The notes under the pieces: generated by a model | Told to the model about the DNA's origin: nothing | The model's database searches: none | The model's input: only the letters and a program-made list of their open reading frames with translations | In this document: piece by piece, positions 28,077 to 36,699 of the stretch | Position numbering within the stretch: the stretch's first letter is position 1 | Layout of the letters: each line of letters starts with the position of its first letter | Program-made: the position numbers and the translations under genes | DNA from: Lachnospiraceae bacterium | Lineage (GTDB): Bacteria; Bacillota; Clostridia; Lachnospirales; Lachnospiraceae | NCBI GenBank assembly: GCA_017470985.1 | Contig: JAFUXA010000026.1 | Coordinates: 14,922 to 78,921 of the forward strand | Reading direction: 5' to 3' | DNA length: 64,000 nt

Positions 28077-28135
28077 TTTGCGTGATGTTCTTTAATGTGG
28101 GCTTATTTGAAAATATCGCTAATCGATGTTATAAT

Positions 28136-28262
28136 ATTCCAAAATGTTGATTGAAATACATTTTAGTATTCCAAAATGTTGATGTAAGATGCGTTTTAAC
28201 ATTCCAAAATGTTGATACAAGATACATTTTAGTATTCTAAAATGTTGAAATGCTGAAAATAG
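28136..28262 (+). repeat. Four tandem ~33-bp repeats with a conserved 16-nt core ATTCCAAAATGTTGAT
   Basis: Units start at 28136, 28168, 28201 and 28234. Each contains the inverted repeat AAAATGT-N10-ACATTTT (degenerate in units 2 and 4). Confidence 0.9.
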
Positions 28263-28289
28263 GTTTGTTTTGATGTAGTGAGGTGGATT

Positions 28290-29597
28290 ATGTTGAGAAG
28301 AAAAATGTATGAACAATTAAAGCATTGGAAAGAGCATAAAGACAAGAAGTGTCTCGTGGTCCAAGGAGCTAGACAGACAGGAAAGACATATATTATTGAA
28401 AAGTATGCAGAAGAGAATTATGAGGAAGTTCTTGAAATTAACTTTAAAGAGATGCCTTCTGCTAGTGAGATTTTTTCGGGTGACTTGACTGTCGATAATA
28501 TGGTTATGGGATTGCGCTTTAGATTCCCTGATAAGCAGGTTGATCCAAGTAAAACGCTGATTTTCTTAGATGAGATTCAGGAGTGCAAGGAAGCAATCAC
28601 TTCATTGAAGTTTTGGGCTGTAGATAATAGATATGATGTGATTGCATCAGGTTCGCTTCTTGGAATTGATTATAAAAGAGCCTCGTCTTATCCAGTAGGC
28701 TATGTCGATTATTTGAAAATGTATGGATTAGATTTTGAAGAATTCTTATGGGCGCTTGGAATATCTGACGCTATGATAATAGATGTGAAAAACTATTTAA
28801 AAAATAGAAAGCCAGTCCCTGTTGCTATTAATAATCAGATGATGGATTATTTTAGACAATATGTTGCGACTGGAGGCATGCCAGAAGTGGTTCAAAAATA
28901 TATCGATACAAGAGATTATAGACAAGTGGATACTGTTCAGAGGAGTCTTTTGCAAGGATATCTTTATGACATTGCTCATTATGCCAGTGTTGAAGAAAAG
29001 TTAAAGGCTGAAAAATGTTATATGACATTGGCAAAGCAGATTTTAGATAAAGAAAATCATAAATTTCAGTATAAGGAGATTGAAAAAGGCGCTAGAGCGC
29101 AGAAATACTATTCAAGTATTGAGTGGTTATTAAAAGCAGATATTGTCTGTTTGAGTAAGTTGGTTACTGATATAAAATTTGATTTGGATGATTATGCTCG
29201 TGATGACTTCTTTAGAGCTTATACAACAGATTTATCATTGCTGATTGCCATGAAGGATTTTTCGTTGAAACAACATATTGTTGAAAATACAATTGAGGGA
29301 AATACAAAAGGTGGGATTTATGAATGTGCAATAGCAGATGCTTTATATAAAAAAGGATATGATATATATTTTTATAAGAAAGAGTCAACAAAAAAAGAAA
29401 TAGATATGATTTTTCAAAAGGAAGGTCAGGTTGTTCCGGTTGAAGTGAAAGGCGGACGTGCTAGTTCCGCATCAATTAATTCTGTTTTGAATAAACATGA
29501 TAATATTCAATATGCCTATAAATTTATTGATGGGAATGTGGGCGAGAGCGACAATGGATTGATTACATTGCCACTATATATGTCTGCTTTTATTTGA
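28290..29597 (+). CDS. AAA+ ATPase with C-terminal DUF4143-like domain
   Basis: Walker A GARQTGKT and Walker B LIFLDEIQ. Overall AAA_14 + DUF4143 layout. GAGGTGG SD before ATG 28290. Confidence 0.75.
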   Translation: MLRRKMYEQLKHWKEHKDKKCLVVQGARQTGKTYIIEKYAEENYEEVLEINFKEMPSASEIFSGDLTVDNMVMGLRFRFPDKQVDPSKTLIFLDEIQECKEAITSLKFWAVDNRYDVIASGSLLGIDYKRASSYPVGYVDYLKMYGLDFEEFLWALGISDAMIIDVKNYLKNRKPVPVAINNQMMDYFRQYVATGGMPEVVQKYIDTRDYRQVDTVQRSLLQGYLYDIAHYASVEEKLKAEKCYMTLAKQILDKENHKFQYKEIEKGARAQKYYSSIEWLLKADIVCLSKLVTDIKFDLDDYARDDFFRAYTTDLSLLIAMKDFSLKQHIVENTIEGNTKGGIYECAIADALYKKGYDIYFYKKESTKKEIDMIFQKEGQVVPVEVKGGRASSASINSVLNKHDNIQYAYKFIDGNVGESDNGLITLPLYMSAFI

Positions 29598-29642
29598 AGT
29601 AAAACATTAAGCAGCCTAATATGAAAATATCTTAAAAACCTG

Positions 29643-29671
29643 TTGACACCAACCTGAAAAAGTAATATTAT
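29643..29671 (+). promoter_or_regulatory. Sigma-70/SigA-type promoter of the T-box leader
   Basis: TTGACA (29643-29648) - 17 nt - TATTAT (29666-29671). Confidence 0.7.
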
Positions 29672-29695
29672 TTTACCAAGTTAAAACTTTAAACC

Positions 29696-29970
29696 GTTGA
29701 TTGAGAAGAGTAGTCAATATAGAGTGTACGACAGAGAGAGCTGCAGGCGGTGGGATTGTAGCACGGTTGCTTGTTGATGAATGGGCTCATGAGGGTGGAA
29801 AGAACGGTTTTGCTGATAGCAAAATCCAGTAATGTCCAACGTTAGGCTCGCGTTAAGAGCTAATCATGTGATAGCATGAGATGAGGTGCGTATCGATTGA
29901 TACGAATTTAGGTGGTACCGCAAGAGCATTTGCTCCTGTCCTAAAGAAATTTAGGATAGGAGTTTTTTTA
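29696..29970 (+). promoter_or_regulatory. T-box riboswitch leader, specifier codon UGG (Trp), with intrinsic terminator
   Basis: Stem I has the AGUA/GAA S-turn flanking the specifier: ..AAGAGTA-GTCAA.. / ..TTGAT-GAA-TGG-G-CTCA (UGG at 29782-29784). Also an AGAGAG bulge and distal GGTGGGA. T-box sequence TTTAGGTGGTACCGCAAG (about 29906-29923). Terminator CTCCTGTCCTAAA/TTTAGGATAGGAG + T7 (29933-29969). Confidence 0.88.
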
Positions 29971-30033
29971 TTTGTCAGACTCCTATACCCGCTCATGAAA
30001 ACAAACAGTTTCAAGAAAAGAGAGGTAAAGAAA

Positions 30034-31083
30034 ATGAAGAAGAAATTAATCACAGGAATTATGGCAGCAATGATGGTTTTGGGTTTGACCGCATGTAGCA
30101 ATACATCTGGTAGTACCGTTTCAAATCCGACAAATTCAGATTCCAAGACTTACAAAGTTGGAATCGTAAAATATGTGGATGATGCATCATTGGATCAGAT
30201 TGAGGAAAATGTGCAGAAAGAGTTAGATGCTAAAGGACAGGAATTGTCAGTGAAGTTTGACTATGAGGATTACACATTTAGCGGACAGGCAGATGCAACA
30301 ACAATAAATTCAATTGTGGCAGAGCTCATCTCTGATGAAGTGGATGTGATTATTCCAATTGCAACTCCAACAGCGCAGATTTGTCAGTCGGCAACAGAAG
30401 ATAACAAGATTCCTGTTGTATTTGCAGCAGTATCAGATCCTGTTGGAGCGAAGCTTGTTAAATCAATGGATGCTCCTGGGGCAAATATTACTGGTACATC
30501 AGATGCGTTGAATACAGATGCAATGTTCGATATGATGTTTGCTGTAAATCCAGACATCAAGAAGGTTGGTCTTCTGTACTCTAAGAGTGAGGATGCTTCA
30601 AAGCAGGCAATTGAGGATGCCAAAAAATATCTCGATTCAAAGGGTGTGGCATATGTTGAAAAGACTGGAACAGATACCAATGAAGTTACTTCAGCAGTAG
30701 ATGCATTGGTTGCTGAAAAGGTTGATGTAGTATTTACACCAACAGATAATACAATCATGAATGCTGAACTTACAATCTATGAGAAGCTTACAGAAGCTAA
30801 GATTCCTCATTTCGCAGGTGCTGATTCATTTGCTTTAAATGGTGCTTTTCTTGGATTTGGTGTTGATTATGCTGGACTCGGTAAGGAAACAGCGGATATG
30901 GCTGTTGAAATTTTGACAGGTGCTGATCCTGCAACTACAGCTGTAAAGACATTTGACAACGGTATTGCAACTATCAACACAGAGACAGCAGAAAAGGTTG
31001 GCCTGGATTTGGCGAAGGTGAAGGAAGCCATCAAGTCATTTGTCACAAGTATTAATGAGACAACTACAAAGGAAAGCTTCTAA
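30034..31083 (+). CDS. ABC transporter substrate-binding lipoprotein (COG2984/ABC_sub_bind family), TrpX-like
   Basis: Lipobox LGLTAC. YKVGIVKYVDDASLDQI... is typical of the family. First gene after the Trp T-box. Confidence 0.8.
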   Translation: MKKKLITGIMAAMMVLGLTACSNTSGSTVSNPTNSDSKTYKVGIVKYVDDASLDQIEENVQKELDAKGQELSVKFDYEDYTFSGQADATTINSIVAELISDEVDVIIPIATPTAQICQSATEDNKIPVVFAAVSDPVGAKLVKSMDAPGANITGTSDALNTDAMFDMMFAVNPDIKKVGLLYSKSEDASKQAIEDAKKYLDSKGVAYVEKTGTDTNEVTSAVDALVAEKVDVVFTPTDNTIMNAELTIYEKLTEAKIPHFAGADSFALNGAFLGFGVDYAGLGKETADMAVEILTGADPATTAVKTFDNGIATINTETAEKVGLDLAKVKEAIKSFVTSINETTTKESF

Positions 31084-31114
31084 GTATAAGAGGATAGTTT
31101 GATAAAAAGGTGGA

Positions 31115-31141
31115 AAAGCGTGACTTAGTTCACGCTTTTTG
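31115..31141 (+). terminator. Intra-operon hairpin/terminator after the binding-protein gene
   Basis: AAAGCGTGA-CTTAGT-TCACGCTTT followed by TT. Confidence 0.6.
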
Positions 31142-31235
31142 CTGTTATCTACACTGGGATTTGTTATAATTAATCATGTGGGCTTGAGACTTTCAGCGCG
31201 CATAAAGCAATATAAAAACAAGAGGGATTTAAGAA

Positions 31236-32147
31236 ATGTTTATTACGACAACAATAGTTCAGACGGCGTTGGAAGTGGGATTGATTTATTCCCTTGTAAC
31301 TCTGTCACTTTATCTGAGTTTTACAATTTTAAATGTATGTGATTTGTCTACAGATGGATGCTACACATTGGGATGCGCTGTGGCGGCTATGATTACAATT
31401 GCAGGACATCCGATTTTGGCACTTCTGGCGGCTATGGCAGCTGGAATTGCATCAGGATTTCTCACAGCATTTCTTCAGACCAGACTGGGAATAGAGAGTA
31501 TCCTGGCTGGAATTATTGTAAATACCGGACTGTACACTATTAACCTGGTGGTTATGGGATTGTCGTCAAATGTATCAATATTTGGCGTGGATACAGTATT
31601 TACACTGTGGAAAGGTATCAGCTCTAATCCAGTATGGGAGAGTTGGAGTAAATTGATACTGTTGGCGATTATCGTTGCAATAGCCTGCCTGGCTATGTAT
31701 TTCTTTTTAAATACCAAGCTTGGTTTGTCCATCAGAGCCACAGGTGATAATCCTGCTATGGTGAAGTCATCATCAATCAATACAGCTTTCACCATCACTG
31801 TTGGTTTATGTGCGGCAAATGCTTGTACTGGCTTGGCCGGCGGTCTTATCGCTCAGTACAACAAGACCTGTGATATCAACTTGGGAACCGGAATGGTTAC
31901 AATTGCATTGGCTTCACTTGTGATTGGTGAGTCAATCATGGGACGAAAAGGCAGCATAATCAAAGGTATAATCGGCGTTTTGGTAGGCGCACTTCTCTAT
32001 AGATTTATAGTTGCGATTGCCTTGAGATTAAATGTCCCAACAGAATTCTTTAAATTAGTTTCTGCTGTCATTGTAGCAGTAGCGATTGCAGCTCCTAGAC
32101 TGAAGGAATATGCCAAATTAAAACAAGCAATGCGAGGTGAGGATTGA
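31236..32147 (+). CDS. ABC transporter permease (COG4120 type), TrpY-like
   Basis: About 8-10 hydrophobic helices. Overlaps the downstream ATPase gene by 4 nt. Confidence 0.8.
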   Translation: MFITTTIVQTALEVGLIYSLVTLSLYLSFTILNVCDLSTDGCYTLGCAVAAMITIAGHPILALLAAMAAGIASGFLTAFLQTRLGIESILAGIIVNTGLYTINLVVMGLSSNVSIFGVDTVFTLWKGISSNPVWESWSKLILLAIIVAIACLAMYFFLNTKLGLSIRATGDNPAMVKSSSINTAFTITVGLCAANACTGLAGGLIAQYNKTCDINLGTGMVTIALASLVIGESIMGRKGSIIKGIIGVLVGALLYRFIVAIALRLNVPTEFFKLVSAVIVAVAIAAPRLKEYAKLKQAMRGED

Positions 32148-32950
32148 TGTTACAGCTTACAAATATTCATAAGACATTTAACCAGGGAACAATTAATGAG
32201 AAAAAAGCGTTGGATGGCGTCAATCTGGATTTGAAGGATGGAGACTTCGCTACAATAGTTGGGTCAAATGGTGCTGGTAAATCCACACTTTTCAATGCCA
32301 TTGCAGGTGGCTTCTATGTGGAGAAGGGTTCAATTCTTCTTGATGGCGAGGACATCACTTATAGAAGAGATCATCAGAGAGCCAGAGCCATTGGATATCT
32401 GTTCCAGGATCCTATGAAGGGAACTGCGCCAAATATGACTATTGAGGAAAATCTTGCCATTGCATATTTGAGAGCAAGTACTGGCAATAAGAATTATTTC
32501 TCTAGAATTTCTCGAAAGGACAAGGAGATGTTTCGTGAGAGATTAGCTCTTCTGGATATGGATCTGGAAAATAGAATGAAAAATCCTGTGGGACTTCTGT
32601 CAGGTGGTCAACGACAGGCACTTACACTTCTTATGGCTACAATTGTAACGCCAAAGTTGTTGCTTCTGGATGAGCACACTGCAGCTTTGGATCCTGCAAC
32701 TGCTGAGAAAGTAATTAAGCTTACCAAGGATATTATTGAGGAGAGAAATATTACCTGTCTTATGATTACTCACAATATGCATCAGGCATTGGAACTGGGA
32801 AATCGCACATTGATGATGGACAGTGGCAGAATAGTATTTGATGTCAGTGGCCAGGAAAGGGAGAATATGACAGTTGATGATCTTCTGGTGAAATTTAAAC
32901 AGGGGGCTGGAGAAGATTTAGATAATGACAGGATTCTATTATCCATGTAA
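32144..32950 (+). CDS. ABC transporter ATP-binding protein (COG1101 type), TrpZ-like
   Basis: Walker A GSNGAGKST, signature LSGGQRQAL, Walker B LLLLDEHTAALD. Confidence 0.88.
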   Translation: MMLQLTNIHKTFNQGTINEKKALDGVNLDLKDGDFATIVGSNGAGKSTLFNAIAGGFYVEKGSILLDGEDITYRRDHQRARAIGYLFQDPMKGTAPNMTIEENLAIAYLRASTGNKNYFSRISRKDKEMFRERLALLDMDLENRMKNPVGLLSGGQRQALTLLMATIVTPKLLLLDEHTAALDPATAEKVIKLTKDIIEERNITCLMITHNMHQALELGNRTLMMDSGRIVFDVSGQERENMTVDDLLVKFKQGAGEDLDNDRILLSM

Positions 32951-33068
32951 GCATGTTTATTTATATTTATAATTTATTCATACCTGTGTAAAAAATGATT
33001 TATACCGTGTTTACATTTGACAGGCCTAATGATAAAATTAGTGGTAGTTTGTGAAGGTGGAAGTAGTT

Positions 33069-33734
33069 ATGACTGAATTAAACAAAGTGGAGAATGGACA
33101 AATGAATCCAGTAAATACTGTGGAGGATGTGACACCAAGTTCTGGTGAGGATATGCTCTTAGTGCAGATAGATGCATTTCGCGACAAGGCAAAGCAATTA
33201 CAATCTTTGATTGCTGCCAAGGAGCGCAAGGTAAAAGAATTAGAGGCAATGGTTCGCTCTAAGGAAGAGCGCAATATGCAATTGCAGTTGGAACTTGCCA
33301 AGAAGCAAGAGGAAGCAGATAGCATCAAGGCCAGTGTAGAAGTACAGGTTGATGAGATGATGACAACTCTTCGTCAGAGTGTGGAGCAGTTGGAGCATCG
33401 TATAGAAGAACAGGTTTCTAATAATCAGGCCAATGCCGCAGAGCAGACTGCTACTGTGAAAGAAACTCTTGAAAATATGACAAGTGATTTGAGCTCATTG
33501 AAGGGTGATATTTCTGAGAAGGTGCATTCTGAGAATGTAAAACAGTACCGAAATATCCAGGATCTCATGAAGGAGATGGACAAGACAGAAGCTAATGCTG
33601 AAGTTACAAGACAGCAATTTGAGAAAGTTAAATCCAAAGTTTCCTGGGTAAGTATATTGACTGGAATCAATATTATTGGAACAGCAAGTATTATTATTAT
33701 GTTTCTTATGATGCTTGGTGTCATTCATTTCTAA
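33069..33734 (+). CDS. Coiled-coil protein with a single C-terminal TM anchor, unknown function
   Basis: Heptad-rich, Glu/Lys/Gln-rich sequence with a C-terminal hydrophobic helix WVSILTGINIIGTASIIIMFLMMLGVI. AAGGTGGAAG SD before ATG 33069. Confidence 0.55.
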   Translation: MTELNKVENGQMNPVNTVEDVTPSSGEDMLLVQIDAFRDKAKQLQSLIAAKERKVKELEAMVRSKEERNMQLQLELAKKQEEADSIKASVEVQVDEMMTTLRQSVEQLEHRIEEQVSNNQANAAEQTATVKETLENMTSDLSSLKGDISEKVHSENVKQYRNIQDLMKEMDKTEANAEVTRQQFEKVKSKVSWVSILTGINIIGTASIIIMFLMMLGVIHF

Positions 33735-33801
33735 GATAATTGTATGGGGATAAATCAATCTGTTAATTGGTGGTATTTGCAGAAGATTGACTTATAATAA
33801 G

Positions 33802-33832
33802 AGACCTTTTATATTATAAAAGGTCTTTTTTT
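33802..33832 (+). terminator. Rho-independent terminator
   Basis: AGACCTTTTA-loop-TAAAAGGTCT followed by T6. Confidence 0.8.
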
Positions 33833-33849
33833 AACTGAAAGGAGTTCTA

Positions 33850-35502
33850 ATGAATTCAGAACAGAAAATTGTATGGGTAGTAGGACACAAGAATCCGGAT
33901 ACAGATTCCATATGTGCAGCTATTACTTACGCAAATTTGAAGAATCAGGTTGACCCTGAAAATACATATATTCCAAAGAAGGCAGGAAATGTAAGTTCCG
34001 AAACAAAGTATGTTTTGGAGCGTTTTGGCGTGGAGGAACCAGAGACAGTTACTCATGCCGGTGCCCAGGTCAAAGATATCGATTACCGTGAAACCAATGG
34101 TGTGGATGGGCACATTTCCCTGAAGAAAGCATGGAATCTCATGAAGACTTTGGATGTGGTTACTCTGCCTGTTGTTGATAAACAGAAGCGTCTGCAGGGA
34201 CTTATTGTAAATGGCGATTTGGCTTATTCATACATGGATGTTATGGACAATACCATCCTTGGTCAGGCCAAGACTCAGTACAAGAATATTATTGAGACTA
34301 TCGAAGGTACGATGATTACAGGAAATGAACATGCATATTTCACCAAGGGTAAGGTGGTAGTTGCATCAGGTAACAGAGCTGCCATGCACGAGGAAATAGA
34401 TGATGATGATCTGGTTATTCTGGGAAATATTAAAGAACGTCAAATGATAGCTCTTGAGGAAAATGCTAGTTGTATCATCGTTAGCACCAAGGAGGAAATT
34501 GATGACGAGGTTATAACTCTGGCCAAGGAAAAAGAGTGTGTTATTATAAGCACTCCTTATGATAGTTTTACAGTTGCCCGTCTCATTCATCAGAGTCTTC
34601 CTATTAAATATTTCATGACCAAAAAAGGAATTGTATCCTTTGAAATGGATGATTATGTGGATGATGTGAAAGAGCAGATGGCCAAGATTCGTCACAGAGA
34701 TTTCCCTATTATAGATGAGCAGAGACATTTACTTGGTATGATGTCCCGTAGAAATCTCTTGAACTTCAAGAAGAAGAGATTGATTCTGGTGGATCATAAT
34801 GAGAAGAGTCAGGCTGTAGATGGTATAGAAGATGCCAATATTTTAGAGATTATTGACCATCATAGATTGGGAAGTTTAGAGACTATTTCTCCAATATTTT
34901 TCAGAAATCAGCCTCTGGGTTGTACTGGTACTATTATTTACCAGATGTATATGGAGCAGGGGATTGAAGTTGATAAGCAGACAGCAGGACTGCTTCTTGC
35001 GGAGATTATCTCTGATACTTTGATGTTTAGATCTCCAACATGTACAGCAGTAGACAAGATGGAAGCTGAGGCTCTGGCTCGCATCGCTGAGGTGGATATA
35101 GAAGAACTTGCCACAGCAATGTTCGAGGCAGGATCTGATTTCTCAAGTAAGTCTATAGATGAAATTTTCTATCAGGATTTCAAAATATTTGCCCTTGATA
35201 ATATGGCATTTGGCGTGTCACAGGTTAGTGCAGTCAGTCGCAAACAGCTGAATTCTATCAAGGAGAGTTTGCGTGATTACATGAATACTGTAATTGGCGA
35301 GAAGAGCTTGAATATGGCGTTTGTGATGCTTACAGATATTTTCTCTGAGACTACTGAACTTATCTATATGGGAAATGGTGCCAAGGAAATCGTTGAAAAG
35401 TCATTTGGTGTCAAAGAGAAGAAAGGTGGATACATGCTTGAGGGCGTGGTTTCTAGAAAGAAGCAGTTGATTCCATCTCTTATGCAGGTGATGCAGGAGT
35501 AA
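33850..35502 (+). CDS. ppaC: Family II (DHH/DHHA2) inorganic pyrophosphatase with CBS/DRTGG regulatory insert
   Basis: VVGHKNPDTDSICAAITYA (DHH motif I), LVDHNE, IIDHHRLG, and a DHHA2 tail. An approximately 250-aa insert with CBS-like and DRTGG-like sequence lies between the motifs. Confidence 0.82.
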   Translation: MNSEQKIVWVVGHKNPDTDSICAAITYANLKNQVDPENTYIPKKAGNVSSETKYVLERFGVEEPETVTHAGAQVKDIDYRETNGVDGHISLKKAWNLMKTLDVVTLPVVDKQKRLQGLIVNGDLAYSYMDVMDNTILGQAKTQYKNIIETIEGTMITGNEHAYFTKGKVVVASGNRAAMHEEIDDDDLVILGNIKERQMIALEENASCIIVSTKEEIDDEVITLAKEKECVIISTPYDSFTVARLIHQSLPIKYFMTKKGIVSFEMDDYVDDVKEQMAKIRHRDFPIIDEQRHLLGMMSRRNLLNFKKKRLILVDHNEKSQAVDGIEDANILEIIDHHRLGSLETISPIFFRNQPLGCTGTIIYQMYMEQGIEVDKQTAGLLLAEIISDTLMFRSPTCTAVDKMEAEALARIAEVDIEELATAMFEAGSDFSSKSIDEIFYQDFKIFALDNMAFGVSQVSAVSRKQLNSIKESLRDYMNTVIGEKSLNMAFVMLTDIFSETTELIYMGNGAKEIVEKSFGVKEKKGGYMLEGVVSRKKQLIPSLMQVMQE

Positions 35503-35507
35503 TATTT

Positions 35508-36107
35508 ATGGGAAAACAGAAGTGGAAGCCGGGAAATATGATTTATCCTCTACCTGCAGCTATGGTCAGTGTGAGAGATAAAGACGGCAATGATAATATT
35601 ATAACTGTTGCCTGGACAGGAACTATATGTACTAACCCTGCCATGGCTTATATTTCGGTGAAACCCATTAGACATTCTTATGACATGATCAGGAAATCCG
35701 GAAGCTTTGTTATTAATCTCACAACCAGGGATTTGGTATGGGCTACTGATTTCTGTGGAGTTACATCTGGTCGTGATGTGGACAAATTCAAGAGATGTAA
35801 GTTGCATAAAGTGGAAGCTGATGAGATAGATGCACCTATGATTGAAGAGAGCCCGGTAAATATAGAATGTAAGGTTCGGGAAGTTGTAGAATTGGGTTCG
35901 CATCATATGTTTGTGGCGGATGTTCTGGCAGTTCATGCGGATGAGAAATATATGGATGAAACCGGTAGATTTGTGCTGGAAGATTCAGATATTATATGCT
36001 ATAGCCACGGAAGATATTTCACACTGGGAGAGCAGATTGGTTCCTTTGGCTATTCAGTGAGAAAGAAGAGTAATAAGAAGAGTAATAAGAAAAATAATAG
36101 TAAATAA
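35508..36107 (+). CDS. Flavin reductase-like (FMN-binding split barrel) protein with a Lys/Asn/Ser-rich tail
   Basis: PAAMVSVRDKDGNDNIITVAWTG...SGSFVINL is typical of the Flavin_Reduct family. The C-terminus is KKSNKKSNKKNNSK. Confidence 0.75.
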   Translation: MGKQKWKPGNMIYPLPAAMVSVRDKDGNDNIITVAWTGTICTNPAMAYISVKPIRHSYDMIRKSGSFVINLTTRDLVWATDFCGVTSGRDVDKFKRCKLHKVEADEIDAPMIEESPVNIECKVREVVELGSHHMFVADVLAVHADEKYMDETGRFVLEDSDIICYSHGRYFTLGEQIGSFGYSVRKKSNKKSNKKNNSK

Positions 36108-36109
36108 TA

Positions 36110-36136
36110 AGCAGCCTCATGCGAGACTGCTTTTTT
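36110..36136. terminator. Terminator hairpin between convergent genes
   Basis: AGCAGcCTC-ATGC-GAGaCTGCT followed by T6. Confidence 0.65.
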
Positions 36137-36183
36137 ATTAATAAAATCTAGATTTATTAATTATGATTTGCTGACATCTTATT

Positions 36184-36699
36184 CTACTGTATAAGTGTAT
36201 CTATTAAATTGAAATAGATGTCTTCATATCTGGCCTTCCAGTTGTTGCAGATGGTATCTGCCTGTGCCTGGTTAGAGGCTCTCATATGTAAATCCAATAC
36301 AGTGTTGCCGCCTGAGGTGTATTTACAATGTGCTATATATCCTCCGTCAGGTGATTTGTCATAATATGCTGTTAAGCTATTATTCTCTTTTATTGCAAGT
36401 TTGTTTTGAGCCAAGTAATCAGCTATGTCTTCTCTGATTCCGGGAGTTAGTTTATCTTGCATAAGTTTGTAAGTGCTGATACCTTCGTCACTTAGAGAAT
36501 AGGTAGTATTGTTGTGAATGGTATCTCCAATTATTAGATTGGAATCTATCAATTCACCAATTACCTGTTGTATCGTGAAATAATCAGTGTACTCCTTATC
36601 AAGAAATAACTGAACTATCTGCGCATTGGTCAGAGCTTCCTGAGATTCATCCAGAAGAGCAAGAACTGATACCTTGTATATCAGATTTGGTTCTGCCAT
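36184..36699 (-). CDS. DUF4364-like (PadR-like winged helix) protein
   Basis: 171 aa. The N-terminal pattern YKVSVLALLDESQEALTNAQIVQLFLDK... resembles DUF4364. Translationally coupled to the malic enzyme gene (start/stop overlap at 36699). Confidence 0.5.
   Translation of the reverse strand: MAEPNLIYKVSVLALLDESQEALTNAQIVQLFLDKEYTDYFTIQQVIGELIDSNLIIGDTIHNNTTYSLSDEGISTYKLMQDKLTPGIREDIADYLAQNKLAIKENNSLTAYYDKSPDGGYIAHCKYTSGGNTVLDLHMRASNQAQADTICNNWKARYEDIYFNLIDTLIQ

Noticed and set aside
28136-28262. Mini-CRISPR array (also considered for 48039-48122).
   Set aside because: The segments between the conserved cores are themselves similar from unit to unit, so they are not unique spacers. The units are only 32-33 bp in total. 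No cas genes or leader are present. These are plain tandem repeats.
28119-28316. 65-aa minus-strand ORF with internal QHFGILKCI-like repeats.
   Set aside because: It is simply the translation of the 33-bp tandem DNA repeats and has no SD or start context.
29770-29790. Alternative specifier codons in the T-box (for example AUG or GAA in the same loop).
   Set aside because: The AGUA/GAA S-turn and the flanking helices (GTCAA/TTGAT and TGAG/CTCA) fix the three nucleotides following GAA, which are UGG, as the specifier with the usual 3' purine. Other registers break the conserved loop geometry.
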